A stretch of DNA of 64,000 nt from Alphaproteobacteria bacterium (GCA_051252005.1 JBPOEZ010000003.1:164984-228983), one strand, 5' to 3'; positions 1 through 8,064 are shown, counted from the first letter of the stretch. Numbers and translations are program-made. The notes: generated from the sequence alone by a model not told the origin.

Positions 1-1595
1 CGACACAAGCTGAGAGCGGCGGGCCGCCTCAATTAGCATGGGCGGCTGATCAAGTAGCAGAGCCAATTTCGTGTGCTTCGATAGGGTTGAGGGCCTTGCT
101 TGAAAGCTCACTTGAGCAAGTCCGAGCGCTTTCGCTGACTCGAACACTGGATGCTGAAGGCTGGGCCACATCAGGATATCTTCCCACACCAACGATAGTT
201 GAAGCGGCACAAGCATTGTATCAAAACCATTCTGTTGAAGATATAGCGCGCTCGGATGCGGGCGCGAAGAACTTGAATGCGACGACGCAATGTCTACGAG
301 ATATCATTTCTGCCACGCATGAAAAACGAGAGAAGACGATTTGTTTTGTGACCGGCGTGCCAGGGTCAGGCAAAACGCTCGCTGGGCTAAATATGGCAAC
401 AGAGGCCGTCAATCGGCCTGACGGCGAGACGGCCGTTTTTCTATCGGGCAATGGACCTCTTGTCGATGTCTTAAGGGAAGCTCTCGCACGGGACCAAAAG
501 GAACGGACAGGCTGCTCGAAAATAGATGCTAAGCGCGAGGTCTCTAGCTTTGTTCAAAACATCCATCATTTCCGGGATGAGGCACTCAAGGATACTAAGG
601 CGCCGCCGGAGCACATCGTGATCTTCGATGAAGCGCAAAGGGCGTGGGACAAACATCAAGCCTCTAAGTTCATGCAGGCCAAAAGAGGTCAAACCGGTTT
701 CAATAAGTCCGAACCTGAATTTTTGATTGAAGTTATGGACCGCCATGAGGATTGGTCTGTCATCATTTGCCTTGTTGGCGGTGGCCAGGAGATCAACACG
801 GGCGAAGCGGGTCTTTCAGAATGGATAAGGGCCTTAGAGGGACGCTTCACCGAGTGGAATGTACATCTTTCAGATCGCCTCCTAGATCCGCATTATGGGC
901 TGGCAGAGACTGCGCTAGCGCTGAAGGCCGACAAAAGAATTCAGTGGCAACCGGATCTTCACTTAGGTGTCTCCATGCGGTCCTTTCGGGCGGAGGCTCT
1001 GTCCGGCTTTGTGGCTGCAGTGCTGGACGGTGATGCTGGAGAGGCATCTCGTCTTTTTGCGACGATCAAAACCCGCTACCCTATCGCTTTGGCACGGGAC
1101 CTGGAAACCGCACGCAAATGGCTAAGAGGCCATGCGCGTGGAAATGAACGGTTTGGATTTATGGCTTCCTCAGGCGCCCATCGCTTAAGGCCTGAAGGCT
1201 TGAATGTCCGCGTTAGTATTGATGCCGTGAATTGGTTTCTCAATGGGCCTGAAGATGTGCGCTCCGCTTATTACCTCGAAGAAGTTGCTACTGAGTTTGA
1301 TGTACAGGGCCTGGAAGTGGACTGGGCAGGTGTGTGTTGGGACGCGGACCTTCGTTATGTAGCCGGCGCTTGGGATATGTTGGCGTTTCGAGGGACCAAG
1401 TGGCAAAATGTTAACCAGGAAGCACGCAAAACTTATTTGATAAATGCCTATAGGGTTATTCTGACAAGGGCACGCCAAGGGCTCGTTATTTATATTCCAA
1501 AAGGGGATCCCTCAGATCCAACGCGTCCTCCGTGGTTTTATGACGAGACGGTGGAGTTTCTAGTTAGTTGCGGGATACCGATTTCAAGCATTTAG
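1..1595 (+). CDS. DUF2075-type (Schlafen-helicase-like) P-loop NTPase; the 5' end is probably outside the window
   Basis: Track ORF 87..1595. Walker A GVPGSGKT, Walker B IVIFDEAQRAW, SF1-like C-terminal motif ILTRARQGLVIYIP. The same frame has no stop from nt 3 up to the TTG at 87, so the gene probably begins upstream of the window. Confidence 0.7.
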   Translation, partial: TQAESGGPPQLAWAADQVAEPISCASIGLRALLESSLEQVRALSLTRTLDAEGWATSGYLPTPTIVEAAQALYQNHSVEDIARSDAGAKNLNATTQCLRDIISATHEKREKTICFVTGVPGSGKTLAGLNMATEAVNRPDGETAVFLSGNGPLVDVLREALARDQKERTGCSKIDAKREVSSFVQNIHHFRDEALKDTKAPPEHIVIFDEAQRAWDKHQASKFMQAKRGQTGFNKSEPEFLIEVMDRHEDWSVIICLVGGGQEINTGEAGLSEWIRALEGRFTEWNVHLSDRLLDPHYGLAETALALKADKRIQWQPDLHLGVSMRSFRAEALSGFVAAVLDGDAGEASRLFATIKTRYPIALARDLETARKWLRGHARGNERFGFMASSGAHRLRPEGLNVRVSIDAVNWFLNGPEDVRSAYYLEEVATEFDVQGLEVDWAGVCWDADLRYVAGAWDMLAFRGTKWQNVNQEARKTYLINAYRVILTRARQGLVIYIPKGDPSDPTRPPWFYDETVEFLVSCGIPISSI

Positions 1596-1691
1596 TGAAA
1601 GATTTTCCCCTCGCTAAATTTTGGGGTGGAAACATTCGTTGCTTACTTCTTCTCAGGGGGCAAACCGGACCTCAGCGAGTGCGGAATTTCA

Positions 1692-1742
1692 AACATTACC
1701 AGCGGCTGTTTTGGAGCGATTTTAGGACGCTGGTAAGAGGAC
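1692..1742 (+). repeat. Leader-head repeat copy A (AACATTACCAGCGGCTGTTTTGGAGCGATTTTAGGAC...GAGGAC)
   Basis: Aligns by eye with 2445-2506, 31643-31704 and the reverse complement of 8065-8125. All share the same 5' boundary (AACATTACC). Confidence 0.65.
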
Positions 1743-1777
1743 CGTTATTTGAACAGACTAGGCTTCAGGCCCGAGAT

Positions 1778-2320
1778 TTAGTCTAGGGGCGGACCAGGAA
1801 AACTGCTCTCATGTCGTTTCATATCTATTTCAAAAGTTTTAGAAATAGTGGGGTCTCCAGATTTGCTCGGGAATTCAGCCTCCAAACGTATGCAGAGTTT
1901 TTCAATATCGCTTTCGATATATACTTTATTAATTGCTCTTGCAGAGGTGTCGTGGTTATAGGCATCTTCAGACTTTTTGATTTCAATTTCTCCCATCTCC
2001 ATTTTAACGGGCCTATCACATCCCCCTGAATATGCAGATATTCCCGATGTAATCGCATCATAACGGGTGTCGAGATACTCAGGATAGCGCGATATTCGTG
2101 CCGAAATCCAAAAATCATGGTCGTCCCAAGACGCTCCGCTTGATCCGGAGAATGCAGTAACGCTAGCAGACACATTCCAGCCCTCAAAACTGACATCATT
2201 GGTTTGCTTAAACACGCGGGTCTTATAAATCACGCAGCCGCTTAAGGTGACCATTAGTCCAACGAGGGCAAAATTTAGACTAAGACGTCCAAGCCATCTC
2301 TTCATGGTGAGTTGAATCAT
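1778..2320 (-). CDS. Hypothetical lipoprotein
   Basis: Track ORF. N-terminal signal with lipobox LSGC. No recognisable family. Confidence 0.6.
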   Translation of the reverse strand: MIQLTMKRWLGRLSLNFALVGLMVTLSGCVIYKTRVFKQTNDVSFEGWNVSASVTAFSGSSGASWDDHDFWISARISRYPEYLDTRYDAITSGISAYSGGCDRPVKMEMGEIEIKKSEDAYNHDTSARAINKVYIESDIEKLCIRLEAEFPSKSGDPTISKTFEIDMKRHESSFPGPPLD

Positions 2321-2444
2321 GACGTCTATTTCGTCCCTCAGTAAATATCGTTCGACCTAATATTTTTAATTCTTACTTTAAGTTAAAGATTATAGAAAAC
2401 CACCGAGAATTATCCCATTTCCGATAGATGGTGGCGTATCGACT

Positions 2445-2506
2445 AACATTACCGGCGGCCGTTTTTGGGCGACAAAGGCCTCTGGGCTAATGTCCGCAAT
2501 GAGGAT
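2445..2506 (+). repeat. Leader-head repeat copy B (AACATTACCGGCGGCCGTTTTTGGGCG...GCTAATGTCCGCAATGAGGAT)
   Basis: Same head as copies A, D and E. Its last ~22 nt (GCTAATGTCCGCAATGAGGAT) recur at 4996-5016, where the leader of recombinase module 1 resumes. Confidence 0.7.
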
Positions 2507-2560
2507 GATCTTCTCAATCAGAGGGCTGAGTCGGATTTAAAATTCTGAACCACATTCATG

Positions 2561-3304
2561 TTATTGATGTGGTTCAATGGGCGGAAGTGACATCCCGTAG
2601 GCAGCGTAGTCGCCAAGTCCTGAAGAACGGTAAGGTGCGTGAAAGTATCCGTTATCCCCCCACGCTGACCCCAAACTATTCTTTATTCTCCAAAGTCTCG
2701 ACGTATTGTCGTATCCAGTGATGACAACCATGTGACTGTATTTCACGCCGTTAGGGTTCACCACAAAGGGATCACGACCTGTCCAGTTTATAAATGCATA
2801 ATCAATATCCATTGCCGCCGCGACAGGCGATCCACTCGCCAGAGTATATTTGACTTGGTCATCACCGGAGCAAGGTAAAAAGACTGGCGCGTAAATGTCG
2901 CGAAGGATATCGCAATTATCACTATCCCACGGAACACTCCCTTGGCTTGCCCGCGGGACATAGGAATCACTCAATTGCATGGAGACCGTTTCTGGATCAG
3001 CTCCGTTGTCACAGTGGACACCAGAAGAACAATTGTGGATCCACGCGGCTCCCACATCATAAAGCTTATTTGTGATCGCCAGATGGTAGCTTTCTATCAG
3101 CGCTGCGAAAGAGAAAGCTGTGCAAGCGCCTGAGCAGGGCAATTGGCTTTTTACAGGCGAAATTCTGCCTTCATTCACGAGATTCACGGATGGGCGTGCT
3201 GACAATGGCAGAAACTTAAACTCTCTGCCTAAAAAGTCCCCGGGCTGGTAACGCGCAATGAAATCATTTTCGGGAGGTTTGAACTTTACGGGGTGATCTA
3301 TCAT
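2561..3304 (-). CDS. Papain-like (C1 family) cysteine peptidase
   Basis: Motifs SPVKSQLPCSGACTAFSF (Gln / catalytic Cys region), HMVVITGYD (His) and WRIKNSLGSAWGDNGYF (Asn/Trp region). No obvious signal peptide. The 4-nt ATGA overlap with the upstream gene suggests translational coupling. Confidence 0.75.
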   Translation of the reverse strand: MIDHPVKFKPPENDFIARYQPGDFLGREFKFLPLSARPSVNLVNEGRISPVKSQLPCSGACTAFSFAALIESYHLAITNKLYDVGAAWIHNCSSGVHCDNGADPETVSMQLSDSYVPRASQGSVPWDSDNCDILRDIYAPVFLPCSGDDQVKYTLASGSPVAAAMDIDYAFINWTGRDPFVVNPNGVKYSHMVVITGYDNTSRLWRIKNSLGSAWGDNGYFHAPYRSSGLGDYAAYGMSLPPIEPHQ

Positions 3305-4749
3305 CCTCCCTCTAGCTCCGCGAGACGTGCCGCCGTTTCGAGCTGGGCAATACGTGCCTGATCAACCAAAGTATCAATTGTCAACATATCGATCAATTGC
3401 TGGCTTGCGGTAACATCTGGCGGGTTTAAAGTGGCAAGCGCCTCGCGACGTGCGACCTCGTCTTGCAATGCCTTAAGTTCTGCAGCTGCTTCTACCTCGC
3501 GAGCGGCCTCTAGTGCTTGCACTTCCGTTTTAATCGCATCCACTGCTGATGTCAGGGCGGCAATTGGTGCGCCAACCTGTTTGTAGCCGGCTTTTGTCAA
3601 ATTGCCCTTTTTCGAAAACTCAATGGTATATTCAAGACTCTCGAATGGGGCAGCAGAAACGACTAATTTATCTATGTAGCCAAGCTGAGCAACCTTGGCG
3701 CGATGGACGTGAATTTCAGACATAGCTACGGATGCAGGATATGGAAATGGTTTTGATGGATCTTTAATTTTCTCAAAGACCAACCGTCCCGGTTGCGGGG
3801 TGCGATAGGAAATTCCTTTGGCATTGATTGTTTTTTTGTCATCGAGATTGTCAATGCCATTTGCGTTGCTATCGGCTTCAAGCTTTACAAAGACATACAT
3901 GCTCTGCTTTTGGGTCGTGGTTGGGCTATTGCCTGCCCACTTCTTCAGAGTTGCTTCGGGAAGAGCATAGGGGGTCTTGTTTTCCCGGTCAGAGCCTTTT
4001 AGCGGCCAGTAAATAGGTTTTGTAGTGTGAGATATTGGCTTTAGCAAATCGGCGACATGTGCAATTTGTGCTTGCACTGCTGCGTTTGCGTCCCTCACTT
4101 CTGTAAGCTTAGCTTTAATATTTGGATCAAGGGCTGGGTCACTGGTATCAACTATGCCTTTGAATCCAGCTACCAGTTTGTTTAATTCAGTTTTACGTTT
4201 ATTAAGCGCTGCTGTTCTTGTTTTAAGTTCAGCTAATCCTGCATTAGCATCAGCTACGGCTGCTGGAATGCCCGCAGCGACGTTACAAGCATAAACGGGT
4301 GTTAATCCGGTTCCGGCTGGTACCCCCAGCGCTGCGCCAGCTACTTTGATCGCAGTTAATAATGCTGGCCCCGCCTCATCTTTAACGCTGGCATTTACTG
4401 TTTTCAGTAAGCGCGTGTCTTCATAAAAAGTAACTTCGACACCTGCTGAATTAAACCATGTCGAAAGTGATTGCGGATCAATAACAAATCGCGCATCAGC
4501 ATCTTCAATAGACCTATCTTTAACCGCGAAAGATGTAACAATTTTCATTTCGGCAGCAATATTATTCGCTGGATCAGCCTTTATGCATTCTGCAACACGG
4601 CGCGTTATATTGAATTCGAATTGTGTTAGCGGCAAGACATGAACAAGTCCCGTTTGAGGACCGGCTTGGTATTCATAGGTGTTGAGTGTTGAGCTACATC
4701 CAATCAGAACAATTGTCGCTGGAATGCTAATTCGCTTAATTTGTTTCAT
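3301..4749 (-). CDS. Hypothetical lipoprotein with coiled-coil segments
   Basis: Signal plus lipobox VLIGCSS. Ala/Leu/Glu-rich heptad-like stretches in the middle and at the C-terminus. No family recognised. Confidence 0.6.
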   Translation of the reverse strand: MKQIKRISIPATIVLIGCSSTLNTYEYQAGPQTGLVHVLPLTQFEFNITRRVAECIKADPANNIAAEMKIVTSFAVKDRSIEDADARFVIDPQSLSTWFNSAGVEVTFYEDTRLLKTVNASVKDEAGPALLTAIKVAGAALGVPAGTGLTPVYACNVAAGIPAAVADANAGLAELKTRTAALNKRKTELNKLVAGFKGIVDTSDPALDPNIKAKLTEVRDANAAVQAQIAHVADLLKPISHTTKPIYWPLKGSDRENKTPYALPEATLKKWAGNSPTTTQKQSMYVFVKLEADSNANGIDNLDDKKTINAKGISYRTPQPGRLVFEKIKDPSKPFPYPASVAMSEIHVHRAKVAQLGYIDKLVVSAAPFESLEYTIEFSKKGNLTKAGYKQVGAPIAALTSAVDAIKTEVQALEAAREVEAAAELKALQDEVARREALATLNPPDVTASQQLIDMLTIDTLVDQARIAQLETAARLAELEGG

Positions 4750-4995
4750 GCTGCGCCCCTAAATGTAGTTCCAACTAATTAGAAATAGCTCACCAAACTC
4801 GTTTTAGAGACGTTAGTATTCCAAATAAGTACATCTTATGATAGAGCATTGCCTGCAATTCGTCTAGTATATTTTGTAGAGACTTTAATTATTGAGAGTC
4901 ATAGGGAGGCCATATCACATGCATTTGTTTTATAGATTTTCGTACTCTGGGATTAACTCAGCCAATCCCCTAGATTAATCAAAGTGAGAGGTTTT

Positions 4996-5155
4996 GCTAA
5001 TGTCCGCTTTGAGGATCTTTTTCCGTTTTCAACATTCTCACACAATCCACTGGACTTTGTGCGCAAAGGAAGCGGTAGTGTGTTGCGGCCCAATGTGAGG
5101 GTCTTGTCTCGGTAGTAGCGGCCACGATGTGTGGGCGTCATTTACGGAGATTGAA
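4996..5155 (+). promoter_or_regulatory. Conserved 5' leader of recombinase module 1 (3' part only; the head is missing)
   Basis: Highly similar at the nucleotide level to 31684-31844. Contains hairpin candidates (GGCCCA..AGGGTC) and an RBS GGAGA before the ATG at 5156. Confidence 0.6.
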
Positions 5156-5404
5156 ATGGACATTCAAACACAAAAACCCGAAATTAAAGCACCGCGTACT
5201 GGAAGCAAACAAGCCAAGCTCGTTGTCATGCTCTCGCGCAAAAACGGCGTTACACTTGCGAAGGCCAGCGAGACTTTAGGATGGCTGCCGCATACCACCT
5301 CCGCAACCATGACAGGGCTGCGTGGGCGCGGCTATGAGATCACGCGGATTAAACGCGAGGGTAAAGATACGCTGTACGTCATCCATCCTGACGAGGCTGA
5401 GTAA
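5156..5404 (+). CDS. DUF3489-like small winged-helix protein
   Basis: Track ORF 5129..5404. I prefer the ATG at 5156 because it follows GGAGA and matches the start of the paralogue at 31845 (MDxQTQ..IKAPR.GSKQAKLV). HTH-like GVTLAKASETLGWLPHTTSA. Confidence 0.75.
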   Translation: MDIQTQKPEIKAPRTGSKQAKLVVMLSRKNGVTLAKASETLGWLPHTTSATMTGLRGRGYEITRIKREGKDTLYVIHPDEAE

Positions 5405-5904
5405 TGCGGCGGGCGAGCAAGATCGCATCAGAAGTCGCCGAGCTTGAAACACTGGACCGCGTTGCCCTCGCCGCGCAGTGGGAAGCTCTAATGAAACGTT
5501 CGCCGCCTAAGGCCTGTAGCCGTGTGTTTCTCCTCAGGGCTTTATCCTATGAACTGCAAAGTAAGCATGCTCCTGATCTCAGCAAGACGGACATGAGGGC
5601 ACTCAAAGCAAGCTTGGGCAAAGTACCAAGCAGTGCCGTTGAGAATGACAGGGAAGAGGATGCTGCGACCACAACACCTAACGCCAAGACCAAGCCGAGA
5701 CGCAAGGCCCCTGCCCGTCTGGCCCTTGTGCCGGGTGCCCGACTAGTGCGGGAATGGAACGGACAGGCCTATACGGTCTCGGTGATCAAAGAAGGTTTTG
5801 TCTATAAGGACAGAACTTGGAGCTCGCTGAGCGCTATCGCCAAGGATATCACGGGCGCACATTGGTCTGGGCCTCGCTTCTTTGGCTTGGATAAGGCAGC
5901 CTAA
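5404..5904 (+). CDS. DUF2924-like protein
   Basis: C-terminal WNGQAYTVSVIKEGFVYKDRTWSSLSAIAKDITGAHWSGPRFFGL. TAATG overlaps with both neighbouring genes. Confidence 0.75.
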   Translation: MRRASKIASEVAELETLDRVALAAQWEALMKRSPPKACSRVFLLRALSYELQSKHAPDLSKTDMRALKASLGKVPSSAVENDREEDAATTTPNAKTKPRRKAPARLALVPGARLVREWNGQAYTVSVIKEGFVYKDRTWSSLSAIAKDITGAHWSGPRFFGLDKAA

Positions 5905-7598
5905 TGTCTTCCCAGCGCAAACGCTGCGCTGTTTACACCCGCAAATCAAGTGAGGAAGGTTTGCAGCAAGACTTCAACTCTCTGGATGCGCAGGCCGAGA
6001 GTTGCTCAGCTTATATTCTGTCTCAAGCGGGTGAAGGCTGGTCCAAGGTCGATAAGGTCTATTCTGATGGCGGTATATCTGGAGGCCATATGGATAGGCC
6101 CGGTTTGATTGCCTTGATCGCGGATATCAAAGCGGGGCTGATTGATATCATCGTCGTTTACAAAGTTGACCGACTAACACGGTCACTGGCCGACTTTGCG
6201 CGGCTAGTAGATGTCTTTGATAAACATGACGTCTCGTTTGTGTCGATCACTCAAGCGTTCAATACAACGACCAGCATGGGACGGCTAACGCTGAATGTCC
6301 TGCTCTCCTTCGCCCAGTTCGAACGGGAAGTGACGGCGGAGCGTATCAGGGACAAGATCGCAGCCTCAAAGAAACGGGGGCAATGGATGGGCGGCCTTCC
6401 ACCTCTTGGATATGATAATATTAACAAGAAGCTGGTGGCAAATTCTGATGAAGCAAACACAGTCCAGCATATCATGACGCGGTATGTAGAGCTTAAGTCT
6501 GTCACAAAGCTCAAGCATGAACTTGACCTTGATGGTTATCTTACCAAAACCCGCATAACAAGGAAGCAGTCTCAGACAGGCGGCAAGCCCTTTAGCCGCG
6601 GCCACCTCTACAAGCTCCTTTGCAATCCCGTTTACATCGGCAAGACCACACATAAAGGCGTGGTCTTTGACGGACAGCATGATCCTATCGTTGATCAGGA
6701 ATTATGGAATTCGGTACAAGCAGGGCTCAAAGCAAATGCTCCTAAGCGAAGGCGTTCCATTAACATCGCATCGAATAGTCTTCTCACAGGGATGATCTTT
6801 GAAGATAGCGGAGACCGCCTTTCTCCCGTGCATTCTAGAAAGCCCAATGGAAGGCGTTACCGCTATTACATCTCGGCGCGATTATCAAAAGGCGAAATGG
6901 ATGACGGGACGGCCTTGAGGCTTCCGGCCAAACAGATTGAGGGTCAGGTGTTTAGGCGTCTGACAGACCTATTAAGCAATACAGGCCAATTGATGGGTAT
7001 GGTAGACGGCTCACACCTGACACCCCAACAGGTTTCAAAGGTAGAGCAGCATGCAAGCGAGCTAGCCGCGCGCCTCACATCAAACTGCGTTGAAACGCAG
7101 AGAACCCTACTGATTGATATCATTCAACGGATTACCATCTCGCCCAAGGACCTTATGTTGGAGCTTCGGAGGGACGCATTATTTCCAGATGGCATTTGCT
7201 CCCAAAAAGTCAAACTCGAAAACGACGCCATTACGCTCGCCTATCCGCTACAGATGAAGCGGCGCGGCATTGAGACTAAACTCATCATTGGCGGCGTGGC
7301 GTTAGGGCAGCCAGACCCCGAACTTATCAAACTTATTGCCAAGGCCAGAAACTGGTATGGTGGCCTTAAGACGGGACGCTTCAAATCTATCAAAGACATC
7401 GCAGCAATTGAAAAAATGGATGACGGTGATGTCAGCAGAACCTTATCCCTCGCCTTTCTTGCCCCCTCGATCATTCATGACATCATTGCTGGTAATCATG
7501 CTATAAATCTCACGCCAAGAGACTTAAGCCGCAAAGCTAATAGGCTTCCATTAGATTGGGCGCAGCAGCGCAGCTTTCTAGGCATGAAAGCTACCTAA
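5904..7598 (+). CDS. Large serine recombinase (resolvase/invertase N-domain plus recombinase domain)
   Basis: CAVYTRKSSEEGLQQDFNSLDAQ (catalytic Ser region), VVYKVDRLTRS, GHLYKLLCNPVYIGK. 564 aa. No CxxC pairs where a zinc ribbon would normally sit. Confidence 0.9.
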   Translation: MSSQRKRCAVYTRKSSEEGLQQDFNSLDAQAESCSAYILSQAGEGWSKVDKVYSDGGISGGHMDRPGLIALIADIKAGLIDIIVVYKVDRLTRSLADFARLVDVFDKHDVSFVSITQAFNTTTSMGRLTLNVLLSFAQFEREVTAERIRDKIAASKKRGQWMGGLPPLGYDNINKKLVANSDEANTVQHIMTRYVELKSVTKLKHELDLDGYLTKTRITRKQSQTGGKPFSRGHLYKLLCNPVYIGKTTHKGVVFDGQHDPIVDQELWNSVQAGLKANAPKRRRSINIASNSLLTGMIFEDSGDRLSPVHSRKPNGRRYRYYISARLSKGEMDDGTALRLPAKQIEGQVFRRLTDLLSNTGQLMGMVDGSHLTPQQVSKVEQHASELAARLTSNCVETQRTLLIDIIQRITISPKDLMLELRRDALFPDGICSQKVKLENDAITLAYPLQMKRRGIETKLIIGGVALGQPDPELIKLIAKARNWYGGLKTGRFKSIKDIAAIEKMDDGDVSRTLSLAFLAPSIIHDIIAGNHAINLTPRDLSRKANRLPLDWAQQRSFLGMKAT

Positions 7599-7633
7599 GC
7601 TAACAACTCCCCCAACACTTACATCATTGCAAC

Positions 7634-7831
7634 ATGCAGACTGCATCAGGCCGCAAACATCTTGGACGCTAAATTTGGGATCTGAGACGCTCTCGGAAAT
7701 AGGGCTAATTATCGGGCATTTTCCGTCTCATTTCGCGTCTCTACTCTGCATATATCCGGCTAAACCCCCGTTACTAGGGGACTTTCTCAGTCAGGACGTA
7801 TCGGCGGTGAAAAGCGCAGCGTGCGTGGTAG
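7634..7831 (+). repeat. Conserved non-coding arm downstream of recombinase 1 (copy 1 of 2)
   Basis: About 198 nt, near-colinear with 34344-34541. The similarity ends exactly after GTGCGTGGTAG. Contains GAGACG/CGTCTC hexamers and a CCCC..GGGG hairpin. Confidence 0.8.
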
Positions 7832-7839
7832 TGGACGCA
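7822..7839. other. attP-like junction between the two islands (TGCGT-N8-ACGCA dyad)
   Basis: The sequence tgcgtggtagtggacgca straddles the point (7831/7832) where homology with the tRNA-proximal arm stops. Confidence 0.5.
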
Positions 7840-7866
7840 GTCCGCAGATAGCCCGTCTCACGCCCA

Positions 7867-8058
7867 AATTCCCTGCTTTACAGGGAATTAACAGGGAATA
7901 TATTTGTTTTTCACCATAAATTCCGAATTCACCCCCTGCAAGCCACTGAAAACGCTATGAAATTTGGAGGTTTCCCTGCCTAAATTAACAGGGAATTTTA
8001 TTTTGCAAGCAGGGAAAGCTGATCGGGCGGCAGGGAATTACAAATTGGAAACAGGGTA
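7867..8058. repeat. Iteron-like cluster of CAGGGAA(T) motifs (8 copies)
   Basis: Copies at 7867-7875 (reverse complement), 7881-7889, 7892-7899, 7972-7978 (reverse complement), 7989-7997, 8010-8016, 8031-8038 and 8052-8058 (CAGGGTA). The first two form a perfect 9-bp inverted repeat AATTCCCTG/CAGGGAATT. Confidence 0.8.
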
Positions 8059-8064
8059 TATTAA

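Larger units (their letters stand above)
1..7831. mobile_element. Integrative island 1 (right part; left end outside the window)
   Basis: Ends with the DUF3489-DUF2924-serine recombinase module plus the conserved arm. Its cargo looks AT-richer than the flanking DNA (judged by eye). Confidence 0.55.

Noticed and set aside
4953-5141. Minus-strand ORFs 4953..5141 and 31647..31862, which encode similar peptides antisense to the two leaders
   Set aside because: Their similarity simply mirrors the nucleotide conservation of the leaders. They overlap the DUF3489 start sites. The other copies of the same sequence are not open in that frame (for example, copy D has a stop 12 codons upstream of the shared ..RW* end). 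I treat them as non-coding.
7627-7851. ORF 7627..7851 (74 aa) in the arm downstream of recombinase 1
   Set aside because: The homologous arm at 34344-34541 has no comparable ORF in the track, and the ORF runs across the island junction. It is more likely non-coding att/arm DNA.
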